DNA of 64,000 nucleotides from the NCBI RefSeq assembly GCF_000143415.4, contig NW_003314382.1, positions 274,210-338,209 on the forward strand, read 5' to 3'. A program made the translations under genes and the position numbers. The DNA is from Selaginella moellendorffii (taxonomy: Eukaryota > Plantae > Lycopodiophyta). This document shows, piece after piece, positions 33,959 through 45,739 of this stretch. The notes below the pieces were generated by a model, which saw nothing but the letters and a program-made list of their open reading frames with translations, was not told where the DNA came from and searched no databases. Position 1 is the first letter of the stretch, and every line of letters starts with the position of its first letter.

Positions 33959-36900
33959 TTAAGTAAATTTATGTGGTAGTAGATATGGCATCGGTAGATC
34001 TGTAGATGGCATTAACTGCTCCTGATCCCTTTGTATAAAGCGTTTCAACCGCTGCACATGCACAATCTCCGGAGGATCGGCCTGTTGGACGTCATGCCAA
34101 ACCTCATAAACTTGCGGTCCAACTTGCCGTAACACCCGATATGGTCCTTTCCATTGCGCAAGGAGCCCCTTAGATAAACCACGTACCGTAAGATGGGGAA
34201 AATGGACTAACACTAAATCATTCACTTTGTACTCTGCAAGTGGACGATGATGGGAGTTGTAGCGCCGTTGTTGTCCCACTTGTACGCGGCCTAAGTGTTT
34301 GGCAGACTCTGCTCGGACAAGTGGAAGAATGCTTGTCAAATATTGATCCCATGACCTAGCATCAGGAGCTTGTGGCAATCGCGAAGGTAAACCCAGCTCC
34401 GTTGGTAATATTGGATCATGACTATATAGAAGTTTATATGGTGAAGCACTAATAGAACTTTGCACTCCTGTGACATAGGCATACCGAAGAGATGGCAAAT
34501 AACCATCCCAATCCGAATGCTGAAAGTTCACATACTTCACAATCATCCCTTTGAATGTCCGAACGAGCCGTTCCACCAGACCATCTGATTGTGGATGATA
34601 AGCACTTGTAAAAGTGTGGCGTATCCTCAACCGAGACGTCAAAACATGAAATACCTCAGCCATAAATGCAGGACCATTATCCAAAAGAATCCGCTTTAGA
34701 CAAAAATGTTGGAACACCACTCGATTGAGGAGAAAGTATCAAACAACAGTTGTAGAGGCGTTAGCAAGAGCACCAACTTCCACCCAACGAGTCAAGTAGT
34801 CAGAAGCAATAATAACATACTCATTGCCAGCAGTCGACCGTGGAAAAGGTCTTATAAGATCAAACGCCACCAACTCAAACGGACGGGAAACTGCAAGTGA
34901 CTCCAACTGTCCTTCCGCAGCACAAGGGGGAGTATTACGAGTTTGGCACCAAACGCAACTACGCACATACCGGATAACATCACGTCGCATCTCTGACCAA
35001 TAGAAAGACCTGCATAGCTTCTCGATCACACGACGATGTCCCATATGCCCACCTAGAACAGGAGAATCATGGTAGGCATGGAGAAACTGCAAAATAAAGA
35101 CAGAAAGCACCACCAGCCGTAAATGATCATCAAGATCCGTCCCCACAAAATAAAGAAGGCCATCTTCAAGGCGATATTGAGAATGTAAATGCCGAAAAGG
35201 CAAGTCATCAGCAAGTGATGCAGGATCCTCAAACGCATCTCGAAGCCTTCGAATCCACGGCTCAATCTTTTGAGCCTCGCGAACCTCATCCAGAGAAGGT
35301 AGATTTTGCTCTACGCCTTGTGGACACTGAATATCAAGTACAGCAACCGCCGATGGCACAGAATCCTCGTCTAAAAAATCCACAGATGCTGGAACAACAA
35401 GCTCATCAGAAACATGAGAAGAGAGTGGAGAAGGAAGAGGAGCTTGAGAAAGGGCATCAGCATTAGCCATAGAACTCCCTGGGCGATGAACAACATCAAA
35501 ATCATATATCTGAAGCTTTAAAACCCACCGAGCAGTACGACCAACCAGGTTCTTTCGCTTCAATAATGAAATAACGGCAGCATGGTCACCTTCAAGTAAC
35601 GTCCAAGAACCATGTAGATATGCATGAAGTTTCTCGAAACCCCAAACTGTCGCTAAACACTCCTTGTCTGTTGTGGAGTAGTTCACCTCTGCTGGTTGTA
35701 ATGTACGGCTTATATATGCAATGGGATGACACTGACCAGGCACACTTGGGCTCTTTTGCATCAACACACCTCCAAGACCAATATCAGAAGCATCAACGCA
35801 CAAAATAAAAGGTTGAGTGTAGTCAGGATATACCAAAACCGGAGGAGTCATCAACAGCTCTCTGAGATCCACAAACGCCTGCTCACAATCTGAAGACTAG
35901 ATGAAAGATGACGTTGATGACTTCAGCAACGCTCGCAACGGTGCAGTGCGATCAGAAAGATGATCCACACACTGCACCTTGCCCAGGAAGCGTTGCACAT
36001 TATTCACACACTTCGGAGTATGGAACTTTAGAACGGCTACAAGTTTGTCAGGATCAACTTGCAAACCCTCACGAGAAATACGGTACCCAAGATAAGTTGT
36101 GTCCTTGGACCCAAACACGCACTTTGACCGCTTCAGCTTTAAACCAACATCCCGTAGCCGATCCAACACTTTACACACATCACGAATGTGCTCTGCCCAC
36201 GTCCCCTCTGAGTGAATCAAGACATCATCAATGAAGTCAACAGTCACCTCTGGCATATCACAATGAACTTCGTCCATCATCCGCTAAAAAGTTGCTGGAG
36301 CATTGTTCAAACCAAACGGCATCACCAAGAACTCGTACAAACCAAACGGTGTACGAAAAGCAGTCTTAGGAATATCTTCATCGGCCATCGGTACTTGCCA
36401 ATACCCAAAAGCAAGATCTAGCTTGGTGAACCAACAGCTTCACCCTAGACGATTCAAGAGATCAGCAGTGTGAGGAAGAGGGTACACATCCGAGATCGTC
36501 ACTTCATTTAACGGACGATAGTCAATGCAAAAATGAATACTCCTATCAAGCTTCGTCACAAGATGAGGTTCACATGCCCAAGGACTCCGCGACTTCCGAA
36601 TAACACCTTTCTCCAACATCTCCTTGACGTTTGCATGTAAAATCTTGATCTCCTTAGGTGACCAACGACAAACAGAAACCTTGATTGGATGAGCATCCCC
36701 GGTTGGCAATCTTGGCCCCAGATGATAGGTCAAATTCAAAGAGATCAAAATACTCCTTCATGAGCCGGTCAACAGCTGCAACACAAAGATCATCAGAGGG
36801 ATCGGAAAAGGGAAGAGCAGAACAAGATGGAAACACAAGAGAAAATAGTGGGGAAACAAAAGTAATGGAAGCAGAGGTAGAAGTAGAGGGACGAAGAGGT

Positions 36901-37750
36901 ACGAAAGTGAGAGGAATGGATGAAACATAAGGAAGTATAAGACAAAGGGGAGAAAGTCACACTTGGCATGATTGCGCTGCAACCAATCCATACCAAGAAT
37001 GAGGTCAAAAGCTTGACTTGGCACTACCCACAAAGACTGCAACTCAAACTCGAGATCGCCCACACGCACAACTAGGTCCGCTTCATCTCGTGCACATGCA
37101 TGTGTATGGCCGTTGCCATAAAGAATGAAAACTGGATCTGCCGCATGATGCAACTGTAGATGACAACGTGTGGCAACAGGTCGAGCAATAGAAGATAAAC
37201 TCGAACCTGTATCAACCAATACGGAGAGAAGAATAGGAGACCTCTTGTTATAAAAACGAGCTTGGAAAGTAAACACTGGATGAACCGGTGCCGAGTGAAC
37301 CCCTTGATGATACTCCCGAAAGAAAGATGGAAGGGTCACTAACTTATTTGTGCAAAGTCCCTCCGTTACTCGCGTGACTCCTCGTTTCCCGGATGCACCT
37401 CGGTGTCCAAACCTTCCACCACAGCAGCACCAACAAGACGTTGCTGACGCCAAGATCTCCACCCAGGAAATGGAGGTCGCCAATCCGGAAAACGTCGACA
37501 ACGTCGATAAGTATGACCAACTTCATCACACGCCTAGCAACGAACATCACGGCCACAACCACAGCCTTGCCCTTGTCTTTAGACTCGAGTAGCAGCAGCA
37601 TCAACCTCCATTGGAACAGGACCATCACTCATAGGAAGTGGAGCTAAAGGACGTGGAACGAGAAGTGGAAGAGGCGATGTCTCATAATGTTGTGCCAAGC
37701 GAAAAGCATCGTCAAAGGTGGCAGGAGTAAGTGCATGCACAAGTACTTTG
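33959..37750 (-). mobile_element. Decayed Ty3/gypsy retrotransposon (non-chromovirus): gag remnant, PR, RT, RNase H, integrase
   Basis: VLVDTGSS and FDLILGMDWL (PR); FCIDYRPLN, FIDDVLIHS (RT); VDASDIGLGGVL, NYSTTDKEC (RH); H..GGH..C..C, DNGPAF, YHPQSDGLVER, WKGPY (IN). Many stops and frameshifts; no matching LTR pair seen. Confidence 0.93.
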
Positions 37751-39194
37751 ATATACTCAAATATCCTAATATATTCTATTATCCAATAATCTTTAATTTT
37801 GAAATTATAAATATTTTATAATTTACAAACATTTTAAAACACTAAGTATAATATCAAATTAATTTTTTTTAATAGTAAGTTTTCTAAATTTTCATTTTGC
37901 CAAGATTTTGACAATTGGAAGGAGGTGCCCAGGCCAATTTCAAGGGTTGGCCATATTCTTAAGACATTGAGGTAAGAGTTATTTTTACCTCTTGCCATCC
38001 ATTTACTGGCAGCACCAGGCCCTTCTCTTGTTGAAGGTAATAACACTAGAGGTACAACCTCCTCGGCACGCACCAAAATCTAGAGTACCTTGGTATACTT
38101 GAAACTTGGCGCCTTCTTCTTCACCACTCTCACCCATGTCAATGCTACAGCACAAAAAGGACAGTTCAAGATGGACACTTCCAAGTTCAAGATCTGGATC
38201 ATGGCATCCTCAGCTGTAACCCTTCTAAGTCCATACATCTCATTCTTCCCTCTCTTTGAATCTCTGGCACTGGTGGAAAGCCAAAATTTAGAACGAAAGA
38301 AATAACTGGATTCTTTTCTTTGGCATCTCCTAGATCGTCAATGCGACCTGTGACTGAGACAATAGTCAATTGCTTCATGCTGTCAAACAACGACGTGATT
38401 CTTTGCAAATTTCTCAGTGTTTGATTCCATCTGGAACACAATGATCTCCTGGCCAGACAGAGAATCTCGCTGGAAATCCATGTACTTGATAGCTTGTGCT
38501 CTAGAGGAAGAGAGAAAGGATTGTATGCCCTATGGACAAGGAATCCAATGTGCTTTAACTCCTAGGAGCTTGCCTCAGCCAGAGCCGTGGCTGCCATGGG
38601 CAAGAGATTTTCTGCCGATGCTATAAAAATGCCCTGCCTAGGAACTTCGGTGTCAGTCAGGGCACAAGGAGTAGGCGTAAACTTTGGAAAATTTCTAATG
38701 CATGGTTTGAATTTCCTCTCAAACAGCTGCCTCACCCACAGCACGATGTTCTAGGCTAGGCTTGCAAGCATCTTCCAAACTCCCCCAAGCTGAAGTACAT
38801 TTGGATGAGCTGCCTCCAGGTCATGGTTGAGAACTTCTTGAAAGTTAATTTCTGTTAGGGTGGGCTGCGAGGAGAGCTTTTTGATTGCTGGAGCTTGATC
38901 GCCAGATCCAGTGCCGCCATGCCAAATCTAGTGCCACTATGCCTGCAGCTCATGTGATTCCTAGTGTTAGTCACGATTCTCACACTCGGTTTTTTGTGTT
39001 GCAGTTTAGGATGGGGAGGAGGAGCATCAGACCGTGGAAGGCATGGTGTGTGCAAATCCAGATATTCCTAGAAAGCATTTACATAATTTTCATCAAGTTG
39101 AGAAACTATAGGTGAGTGTTGAGGGATCAGCAGCTGAAGAAGCAACAGCTAAGGAAGTAGCAGATATGGAGCAGTTTGAAGATTATCCAGCGTT

Positions 39195-39475
39195 AATGCA
39201 GAAAACAGGATGCAACTGGACTTCAGTTGAAACTCATGCTTTGATTGATCTGAAGAGGAGAGTATCTTGCAAGGTAGAGCCTCTCACCTCATGAGAAGTG
39301 TCAACCAGCTCCAGCTTGCTCGACAACTATTGCAGCAAAGCTTGCCAAGAAAACTGGGTGTGATGGAGATTGTTATAAGAGATATTGGGAGAACATTATG
39401 CATAGCTACAACACAGCTAAGGATTACAACCACCAGACAGGAAATGCCAATTACTTCACTCTCTTATGGAATACT
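39195..39475 (+). pseudogene. Disrupted Myb/SANT-like trihelix domain, possibly Harbinger-associated
   Basis: NWTSVETHALIDLKR, then frameshift and stop, then TIAAKLAKKTGCDGDCYKRYWENIMHSYNTAKDYNHQTGNANYF. Confidence 0.6.
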
Positions 39476-40355
39476 GTCAAGAAGCACCAGTACTGGAGCA
39501 AGATCTGTTTGATGCCATTGATGAGTTCTAGTCAAGCCATGGGGCCATTCGTACAAGAAATCTCCTTGACAAGGATGAAAGAATGCCAGAATCAAGCACA
39601 AGAGAACATGCGAATGCCATAGCACCAAAGGAAGAATATGACAAAGTTGTATCTAGGAGATTAGGCAAGTGGAGGCTCTCAATCCCTCATAACTGTTCTC
39701 ATAGAAGGCAATAGAAAAGGCTTCATCCAATGCACACTTCTTATTAGCTTTTGAGAAGGACTTTATTATTGTTCATCACTTACTTTGAGTTTGGGCCAAT
39801 GTAAGCATATTGGATTTAGCACTTCATCTATATGGTGAAACTTTTAATTATGGGATAATTACTATCGATTAGTCATATAATTTATCTCTCTTTTAATGTT
39901 CTTAATTCTATTAAAAGGGCATGATCATGTAAATAACTCTAACTGCCTATTTATAATAGTCTATCTAAACTTTACCAACAGGTTTAATTTATTTGCTCAA
40001 GAGGATTAGAGCTTTTGGTTTCTCACTCTATATCATGTATGGGTAAAGACATATAATCTTTTGGTAAATTAAGTGATTCCCATTGTAGCAAGGGTGGCTA
40101 ACTCCATTAATTATTCCTTTGTTAGTGACAATCATAAAGTGTCTGAGCGTTAATGTATATTGTGTATACAAAGAGGTAATCATTTAAGTTGGTGCAGAAT
40201 ATCCAAAAGGACTCCAATGTGTTTGATATAGTCTATAGTCACAATGTACAAGACACTCATACTTGATATCCTTACTGTTTAGTGATACTCTTTTGTTATC
40301 TAGATTATAAACATAAATACAAGCTACATTACAAGTTGATCAATATTGATGGCAT

Positions 40356-40497
40356 AAAGTGCATACTACTTAGGAACCATGAATTCAATTAGATACTAGT
40401 GTAGAAAGTGCAAAGTGCATACTACTTAGGAATCATGATCGAACCATTTCAACATAAAAGTCAATTAAATTCAAATGCATAACTACTTAGTAACCAC
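40356..40497. repeat. Degenerate ~56-60 bp tandem repeat
   Basis: AAAGTGCATACTACTTAGGAAYCATGA twice, plus a third degenerate AATGCATAACTACTTAGTAACCA. Confidence 0.6.
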
Positions 40498-41149
40498 CAG
40501 TTCAACTACAGATTCAAATACATAAAATGGATAATTCTTTGAATTTACAGTGCATAAAATACAGCCTACTTAAAACTAATTATGATGCTGACCACTAAAC
40601 AAATGCAAACTAGACTAGTTCAAGTATGACCATCTTAGTAACTAAGAAAGGCGAGATGTACTTGACTAAAAATTGGCTACTAGTTGCCTTTTGTCATCTG
40701 TTAACTTCACTACATATTACTTCCTGCCTTTTAGAGCTCATGATCCCTTGTGCTCTACAGCTTCTAATCAACAAGCTCTTGTAGCAAGGAAATTATTATG
40801 ATGGTGAGTATTTCACTTTTCTCTTGCCTACTACAACAACTAATGTAGCACAAGCTGATCATCACTGTGGACATCTTTGATCTCCTCACACGCTTTCCCA
40901 ACATTTGCCACAATTTCACGGCAGATATTGCTCTCTTGATCCAAGAATTCTATACAAATACGAATCAAGAAAAGCACAATACTCAAAACTAAGAGAGATT
41001 ACAGACATACCTTTTGAGAATCCCTCACAGCAGTGATCAAAGCAATTGCTACCTTTTTTGCCACTACTCAAAGAGTGTTTAGTGGTGGCATTCGTCCATC
41101 GGTCCTCCTCTCTTTTAGCTTTCCACTGACTAGCTGGTATAGCTCGTCA

Positions 41150-41640
41150 TAGCGGCCGCCATAGCTATGGCTTGCATTTATTTGGCTGAAGGGTCCGTGA
41201 AAACAAACGCAATGGTGTGGCTTGACGATGACGAGTTTTACTCTTCACCAACCAAACAATGGCTGGGACAGACGAGGGGGATCTTTGTGCCGCTTCTGGT
41301 CAAACGAGATGACTTTGCTCCCGCGATCGAGGGGCTCAGGACTGGCGACTGTAAGATGGTTGATGGGCAGCTCAAGTTTGGAGAGATTGATGAGGAGATT
41401 GTTTCGCATGGGCTGCTCCGATTTTAGGTGAGTCTAGCCTGATTGCCTGTAGTTTTGTTCTCACTTTGTAGACACAGGTGAGGGACACTGGTTATTGTAA
41501 TTATCAAGACCTGGTAAAATCCTGAATTTAAGAAGGGAGTGATGGGACTGAGTGTTTTAGAATCAGAAAGCAAGAGTGAGAGTTTACAGGGAAGGCTACT
41601 TGCAGTCAGCAAAGTCGATCATACAGAAACATCCTATATA
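41150..41640 (+). pseudogene. Second, more truncated copy of the NIF/TIM50-like gene 3' half
   Basis: CTCCCGCGAT.GAGGGGCTCAGGACTGGCGA.TGTAAG.TGGTTGA..GCTCAAGTTTGGAGA.ATTGATGAG and CCTGAATTTAAGAAGGGAGTGATGGGACTG are shared with 28648-28905. Confidence 0.75.
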
Positions 41641-41735
41641 ATGACGCTTTCTTGTAGAAATTTGTTTCATTTTTTAAAAGAAAGAAAATAATTTCCGGGT
41701 CGGTTTACGACTTCAGTGTCTTAAGATGTATGTAT

Positions 41736-43643
41736 CTACCTCGCAAAAACACATTTGTGTAAGCTTTGCAATAAGACGTGAGGAGCAGTGTTGGAGGGGT
41801 CCAGCTCAAAAACATGCTTTGCAGCATCCTCTCCAACACCAACATCACACTGAAGCTTGCAAGCTCCAAGGAGAGCTCCCCAAGCAACCGGACATCCTGG
41901 CAAAAAGCTTATAACCTGTTGAGCCTCTGTCAGCTGGCCAGTTCTCGCCAACATATCCACAACACAACTATAGTGCTCCCTGGCTGGATCTATCCCATAG
42001 TCAAGTTGCATGCTCCACAAACACTCAAGAGCTTGATCCATCCATCCCAAATGGCTGCAAGCGACCAACAAACTCATGAAACTTATCCGGTTTGGCCTCA
42101 CTCCATCCACTGCCATTTCTTGGAAAACTTTGAGCGATTTGACACCATCTCCGGCGTGGGAATGAGCTGTGATCAAACACGTCCACGAGATGACGTCTCT
42201 GGCCTTCATTCTCTGAAAAACCTCTATGACTTTGGATAGATCTCCTTGCTCCGCATGCACGGATAAGATTGCGTTCCAGGAGCTCAGTGTCTTCTCTGGG
42301 ATGCTCTCAAACAGAGACTCCGATCCATCCAAATCGTGAGAGCTATAAACGAGCACGGTTGACCAGCTAATTGAATCCCAAGCGGGCATTCGATCGAAGA
42401 CAGCCTTCGTTCTTTTATAATCTCCATTTTGTACCAGGACTGCCATGAGACAGTTCCAAGCTACCAGGTTCCTCTCTGGAGAATAATCAAAACATTTTTT
42501 CGCAGATTCTAGATTGCAGCTCCGGCCATGGATGGCTATTCCAAGAGTGACCGATACAACACTGTGATAAGGCATCAAACTATGGATGTAGTTTGCTTCC
42601 TTGAGATTATAGTTGTGGTCCACGAAAGCTTGGATCAATGCTGTCCAAGACGAGTGCTCCCGTCCAGTGGAAATCGACTCGAAGGCTTCCTTGGCTTTAA
42701 ACACGTCTCCACACTGCGCATAGATGCCTATCATCACACTAAAGGTGACGAGACTTTTCATTGGCATCCTTGAGAGAACTTGTAGAGAATCTCCAAAGTG
42801 ACCGCTTTGAGCATATGCCGAGACCATCACATTCCATGTTACCACACTGGCGGCTGGAACTTGGTCAAATAATCGTTTTGCTTCCTCAACACGACCATTT
42901 GATGCAAAAACTGTGATAAAAACCGTAAAAGAGATAAGGTCCCAGAATGGCATCTTCGAAAACAGTGTTCTTGCTGTATTTTCCTCCTTGTTTTGGGCAT
43001 AGACTTCAAGCATTGTGTTCCAAGTGATCACGTCTCGCTCTTCGATTTTTCTGAACAAGTCTCTTGCATCATCTATACTCAAAGACTTAAGGATGGAATT
43101 ACAAGTGATGAGATTACATCTTGGCATCTTCATGAAAATATCCGACGCCTCTTTGTGAAACCCATTGCGGGAGTACATAGAAACAATCGTATTCCAAGTG
43201 ATCATGTCCCTGGCAGCACTAGCACCGTGATCAAACAAGTGTTTTGCAGAAGCAAAGCTTCCTTCGCTAGCGAAAGCTTGAATCATCACATTGATGGTGA
43301 CGGTGTCACGTTCTCGCATCTTCGAAAACAAGCTTTTCACTTGATCAAAATGCCCAGTCTTCGCAAACGCTGAAATGGAAGTGTTCATGCAGAGTGTGCT
43401 GTGGCATGGCACTCGCTCGATCAACACCGCCACCTTTTCTACAACGCCTCTTTGCGCAAAAGCTTGCAAAATGCACGTCCATGTCAGTGCATCCCTCTTT
43501 GACGATTCAAGAAACACATGCCACGCGTCATCCAGATGCCCCGCTTGGGCATATGCTGACAGTTTTGTGTTTGTAGAGCAAACATTGCATGGGATTATCT
43601 TCCTAAAAGCCTGTCTGGCATCGTTCATACTGCCACATTGCAT
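41736..43643 (-). CDS. PLS-class PPR protein, divergent, possibly 5'-frameshifted or pseudogenising
   Basis: 635-aa intronless ORF with short PPR repeats; LLVACSHLG...HYSCVVDMLARTGQL...WGALLGAC. Begins mid-motif ((AY)MQCGS); E domain ends HVLLQSL. Confidence 0.8.
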   Translation of the reverse strand: MQCGSMNDARQAFRKIIPCNVCSTNTKLSAYAQAGHLDDAWHVFLESSKRDALTWTCILQAFAQRGVVEKVAVLIERVPCHSTLCMNTSISAFAKTGHFDQVKSLFSKMRERDTVTINVMIQAFASEGSFASAKHLFDHGASAARDMITWNTIVSMYSRNGFHKEASDIFMKMPRCNLITCNSILKSLSIDDARDLFRKIEERDVITWNTMLEVYAQNKEENTARTLFSKMPFWDLISFTVFITVFASNGRVEEAKRLFDQVPAASVVTWNVMVSAYAQSGHFGDSLQVLSRMPMKSLVTFSVMIGIYAQCGDVFKAKEAFESISTGREHSSWTALIQAFVDHNYNLKEANYIHSLMPYHSVVSVTLGIAIHGRSCNLESAKKCFDYSPERNLVAWNCLMAVLVQNGDYKRTKAVFDRMPAWDSISWSTVLVYSSHDLDGSESLFESIPEKTLSSWNAILSVHAEQGDLSKVIEVFQRMKARDVISWTCLITAHSHAGDGVKSLKVFQEMAVDGVRPNRISFMSLLVACSHLGWMDQALECLWSMQLDYGIDPAREHYSCVVDMLARTGQLTEAQQVISFLPGCPVAWGALLGACKLQCDVGVGEDAAKHVFELDPSNTAPHVLLQSLHKCVFAR

Positions 43644-43868
43644 GTAAGCTTTTCAGGCATGTCAAAGTCTTTGGAACTATTGAATTTATGGCGATTTGAC
43701 GCCAAATAGGAGCAACACGACGTTTACAATCAACGAAGGGACGAGGAAGAGGAAATCCAAGAGTTTTTTACATTACACATTCTTAAAAATCAACGCCCGA
43801 GAGAATACACAATCCTATGGTTTAACCGGGAAAAGAATTTTACAAGACGGAAAAATCGCGGGGTTACT

Positions 43869-45092
43869 CTACAAAGAGGCGGGCGGTGGTGGCGAGGAGA
43901 GATCCATTCGTGCATTGTAGACCTTGTCTAGAATATCAATCACCTTGTGCCTCGTCCCTGGGCTCACATCCCTTCTTAGCAGCAGTAGCAATTTCCCAAA
44001 CAATCCCAATCCGCCAGTCCTTTCCCTCATGGCGGCGCTACTCCTCCCACTGTCCCTACACACCGCCCACAAAATCCCCACCGCATTCGCAGTCGCGGAG
44101 TCCGACACCCTCAAAATCTTCTTCACGATCGCCGGGATCGCGAGCGCGTGATCATCGATCGCCGCCCGGCCCTCGGCGCAGCCACAGAGGAGCTCCAGCA
44201 CGATCAAAATGTGCTCCGCCACGCCGCCGCTGGTGTCCGGGAGGAGCTCCACCAGCGCCGCCACGGCGCCGGTGCGCGCCGCCCTAGCCCTGTTCCTCAG
44301 TGGCAAGCAAATGCCCAGCAATGCCCTGAGGCTGGAATTCACTAGCACCTGGTTGCCATTCCGGCGCAGAATGGCGACAAGACCATCGATCACCCCAGCC
44401 GTCGATCCGATGGCGATCTGGGCGCCTTTATCGCTGGCTAGGCCATCTAGCACCGCTATCGCGCTCATCATTCCCGGCGGGGAACCCATGCACAGAATCC
44501 ACGAGATCGAACGGAGGGGCTTGGGCGAGATTAGGGCTCTTCGCGAGTTGTAACTGGCGGGAAGATAGGCGAGGATGGCGATTGCCTCTTCAATCGGCTG
44601 GAGCCACGCCTTGTCCGGAGGATCCCTCGCGTCCTGGGGGTACGGAGCGCTGAGAACGCCGGACAGGACGGTGACGGCGCCGGCGTCGACGATGGCTCGG
44701 CTGTTCTTGGTGCTCTCCCGCGCCTTGCTCTTGAGCTTGGAGAGGGCGTCAACATTGGCAGGGTCTTTCTGGATCCTGTCTAGCAGGAGGAGGATGTGCG
44801 GCCTGTCGATCGGGCTGGTGGAGCTCCGGAAGAGATCGCTGGTGGTGGAATGGGATTCGCACCACTGATGGATGAGGCTCCGCAGCGCGTTGTTGGGCAC
44901 GAGCGAGTGATTCTGGTGGAGCGGTTGCATCGTCGCTGGGCAGCAATCCTGGCCGCGCTCGAGCCACTTGTTGATGCTGCTCCGATCGTATGTCACGCCT
45001 GTGCAAGCGGTCACGGGATCCCGCATTAATTCCAAAGAAATTGGGCAGACAAATTCGGGTGGAGGCACTGGATGAAGATCGGTTTGATCCAT
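43869..45092 (-). CDS. Plant U-box/ARM E3 ubiquitin ligase (PUB20-26/CMPG1-like), intronless
   Basis: PPEFVCPISLELMRDPVTACTGVTYDRSSINKWL...CPAT...LVPNNALRSLIHQW; LELLCGCAEGRAA; KKILRVSDSAT. Confidence 0.94.
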   Translation of the reverse strand: MDQTDLHPVPPPEFVCPISLELMRDPVTACTGVTYDRSSINKWLERGQDCCPATMQPLHQNHSLVPNNALRSLIHQWCESHSTTSDLFRSSTSPIDRPHILLLLDRIQKDPANVDALSKLKSKARESTKNSRAIVDAGAVTVLSGVLSAPYPQDARDPPDKAWLQPIEEAIAILAYLPASYNSRRALISPKPLRSISWILCMGSPPGMMSAIAVLDGLASDKGAQIAIGSTAGVIDGLVAILRRNGNQVLVNSSLRALLGICLPLRNRARAARTGAVAALVELLPDTSGGVAEHILIVLELLCGCAEGRAAIDDHALAIPAIVKKILRVSDSATANAVGILWAVCRDSGRSSAAMRERTGGLGLFGKLLLLLRRDVSPGTRHKVIDILDKVYNARMDLSSPPPPASL

Positions 45093-45443
45093 CCCAGAGC
45101 GATGATCTACGAAGGAAATACCCAGCTCGTAGGGGACTCTGTGCTACTACTATGACAATGGCTGGATTGAGTGCCTAAAAGAGAAGAGAAGCGGTACCGG
45201 GAATCCACGAATTCTTCCCTCGCTCATCACGAATTTGTCCTCGCCTGGAATGGAACAGTATCCCTCGGTCGATCGATTGGCCTGTGCGAAGAGAGAAAAG
45301 AATAGAGACGCTCGAATTTGGCAATCACGAGAAGGAAAGCTCGGCGAGCGATGGAAAGCGAGGAAGGGGTGGCACGCCAATAAAACACCGCTCTTCCCAG
45401 CCCTAAAGGGACAATGGGAAGCCGGCACGAAACAGAGGAAGTG

Positions 45444-45551
45444 TTGACGTGGAGGCCCAACACGTGTGACGATGCCGGCCGTCCATCGGGCAGATCGACG
45501 CGAGAGATGGCGGCACGTGGTGGCCTGAAACCCCCTGTTGCGTTGACGCGT
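45444..45551 (-). promoter_or_regulatory. G-box/TGACG/CGCG motif cluster upstream of the U-box gene
   Basis: TTGACGTGG, CACGTG twice, TGACG, ACGCGT within about 110 bp. Confidence 0.4.
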
Positions 45552-45739
45552 TTGCGTTCACCGACCGTAGACCGGAGCTTCGCCAATGGGGTTTCGACAG
45601 CGCATTGCCGGATAAGTACGTACGACAGCGGATATTTTACAATTCCCTTTCTCTAGAGGTTGCTTGATATTTCTTGAATACGTATTTCTTTAAAGAATTC
45701 TCCTTTTTGTTTGGTTGCTTGATAGTTGGAAAGTTTGAT

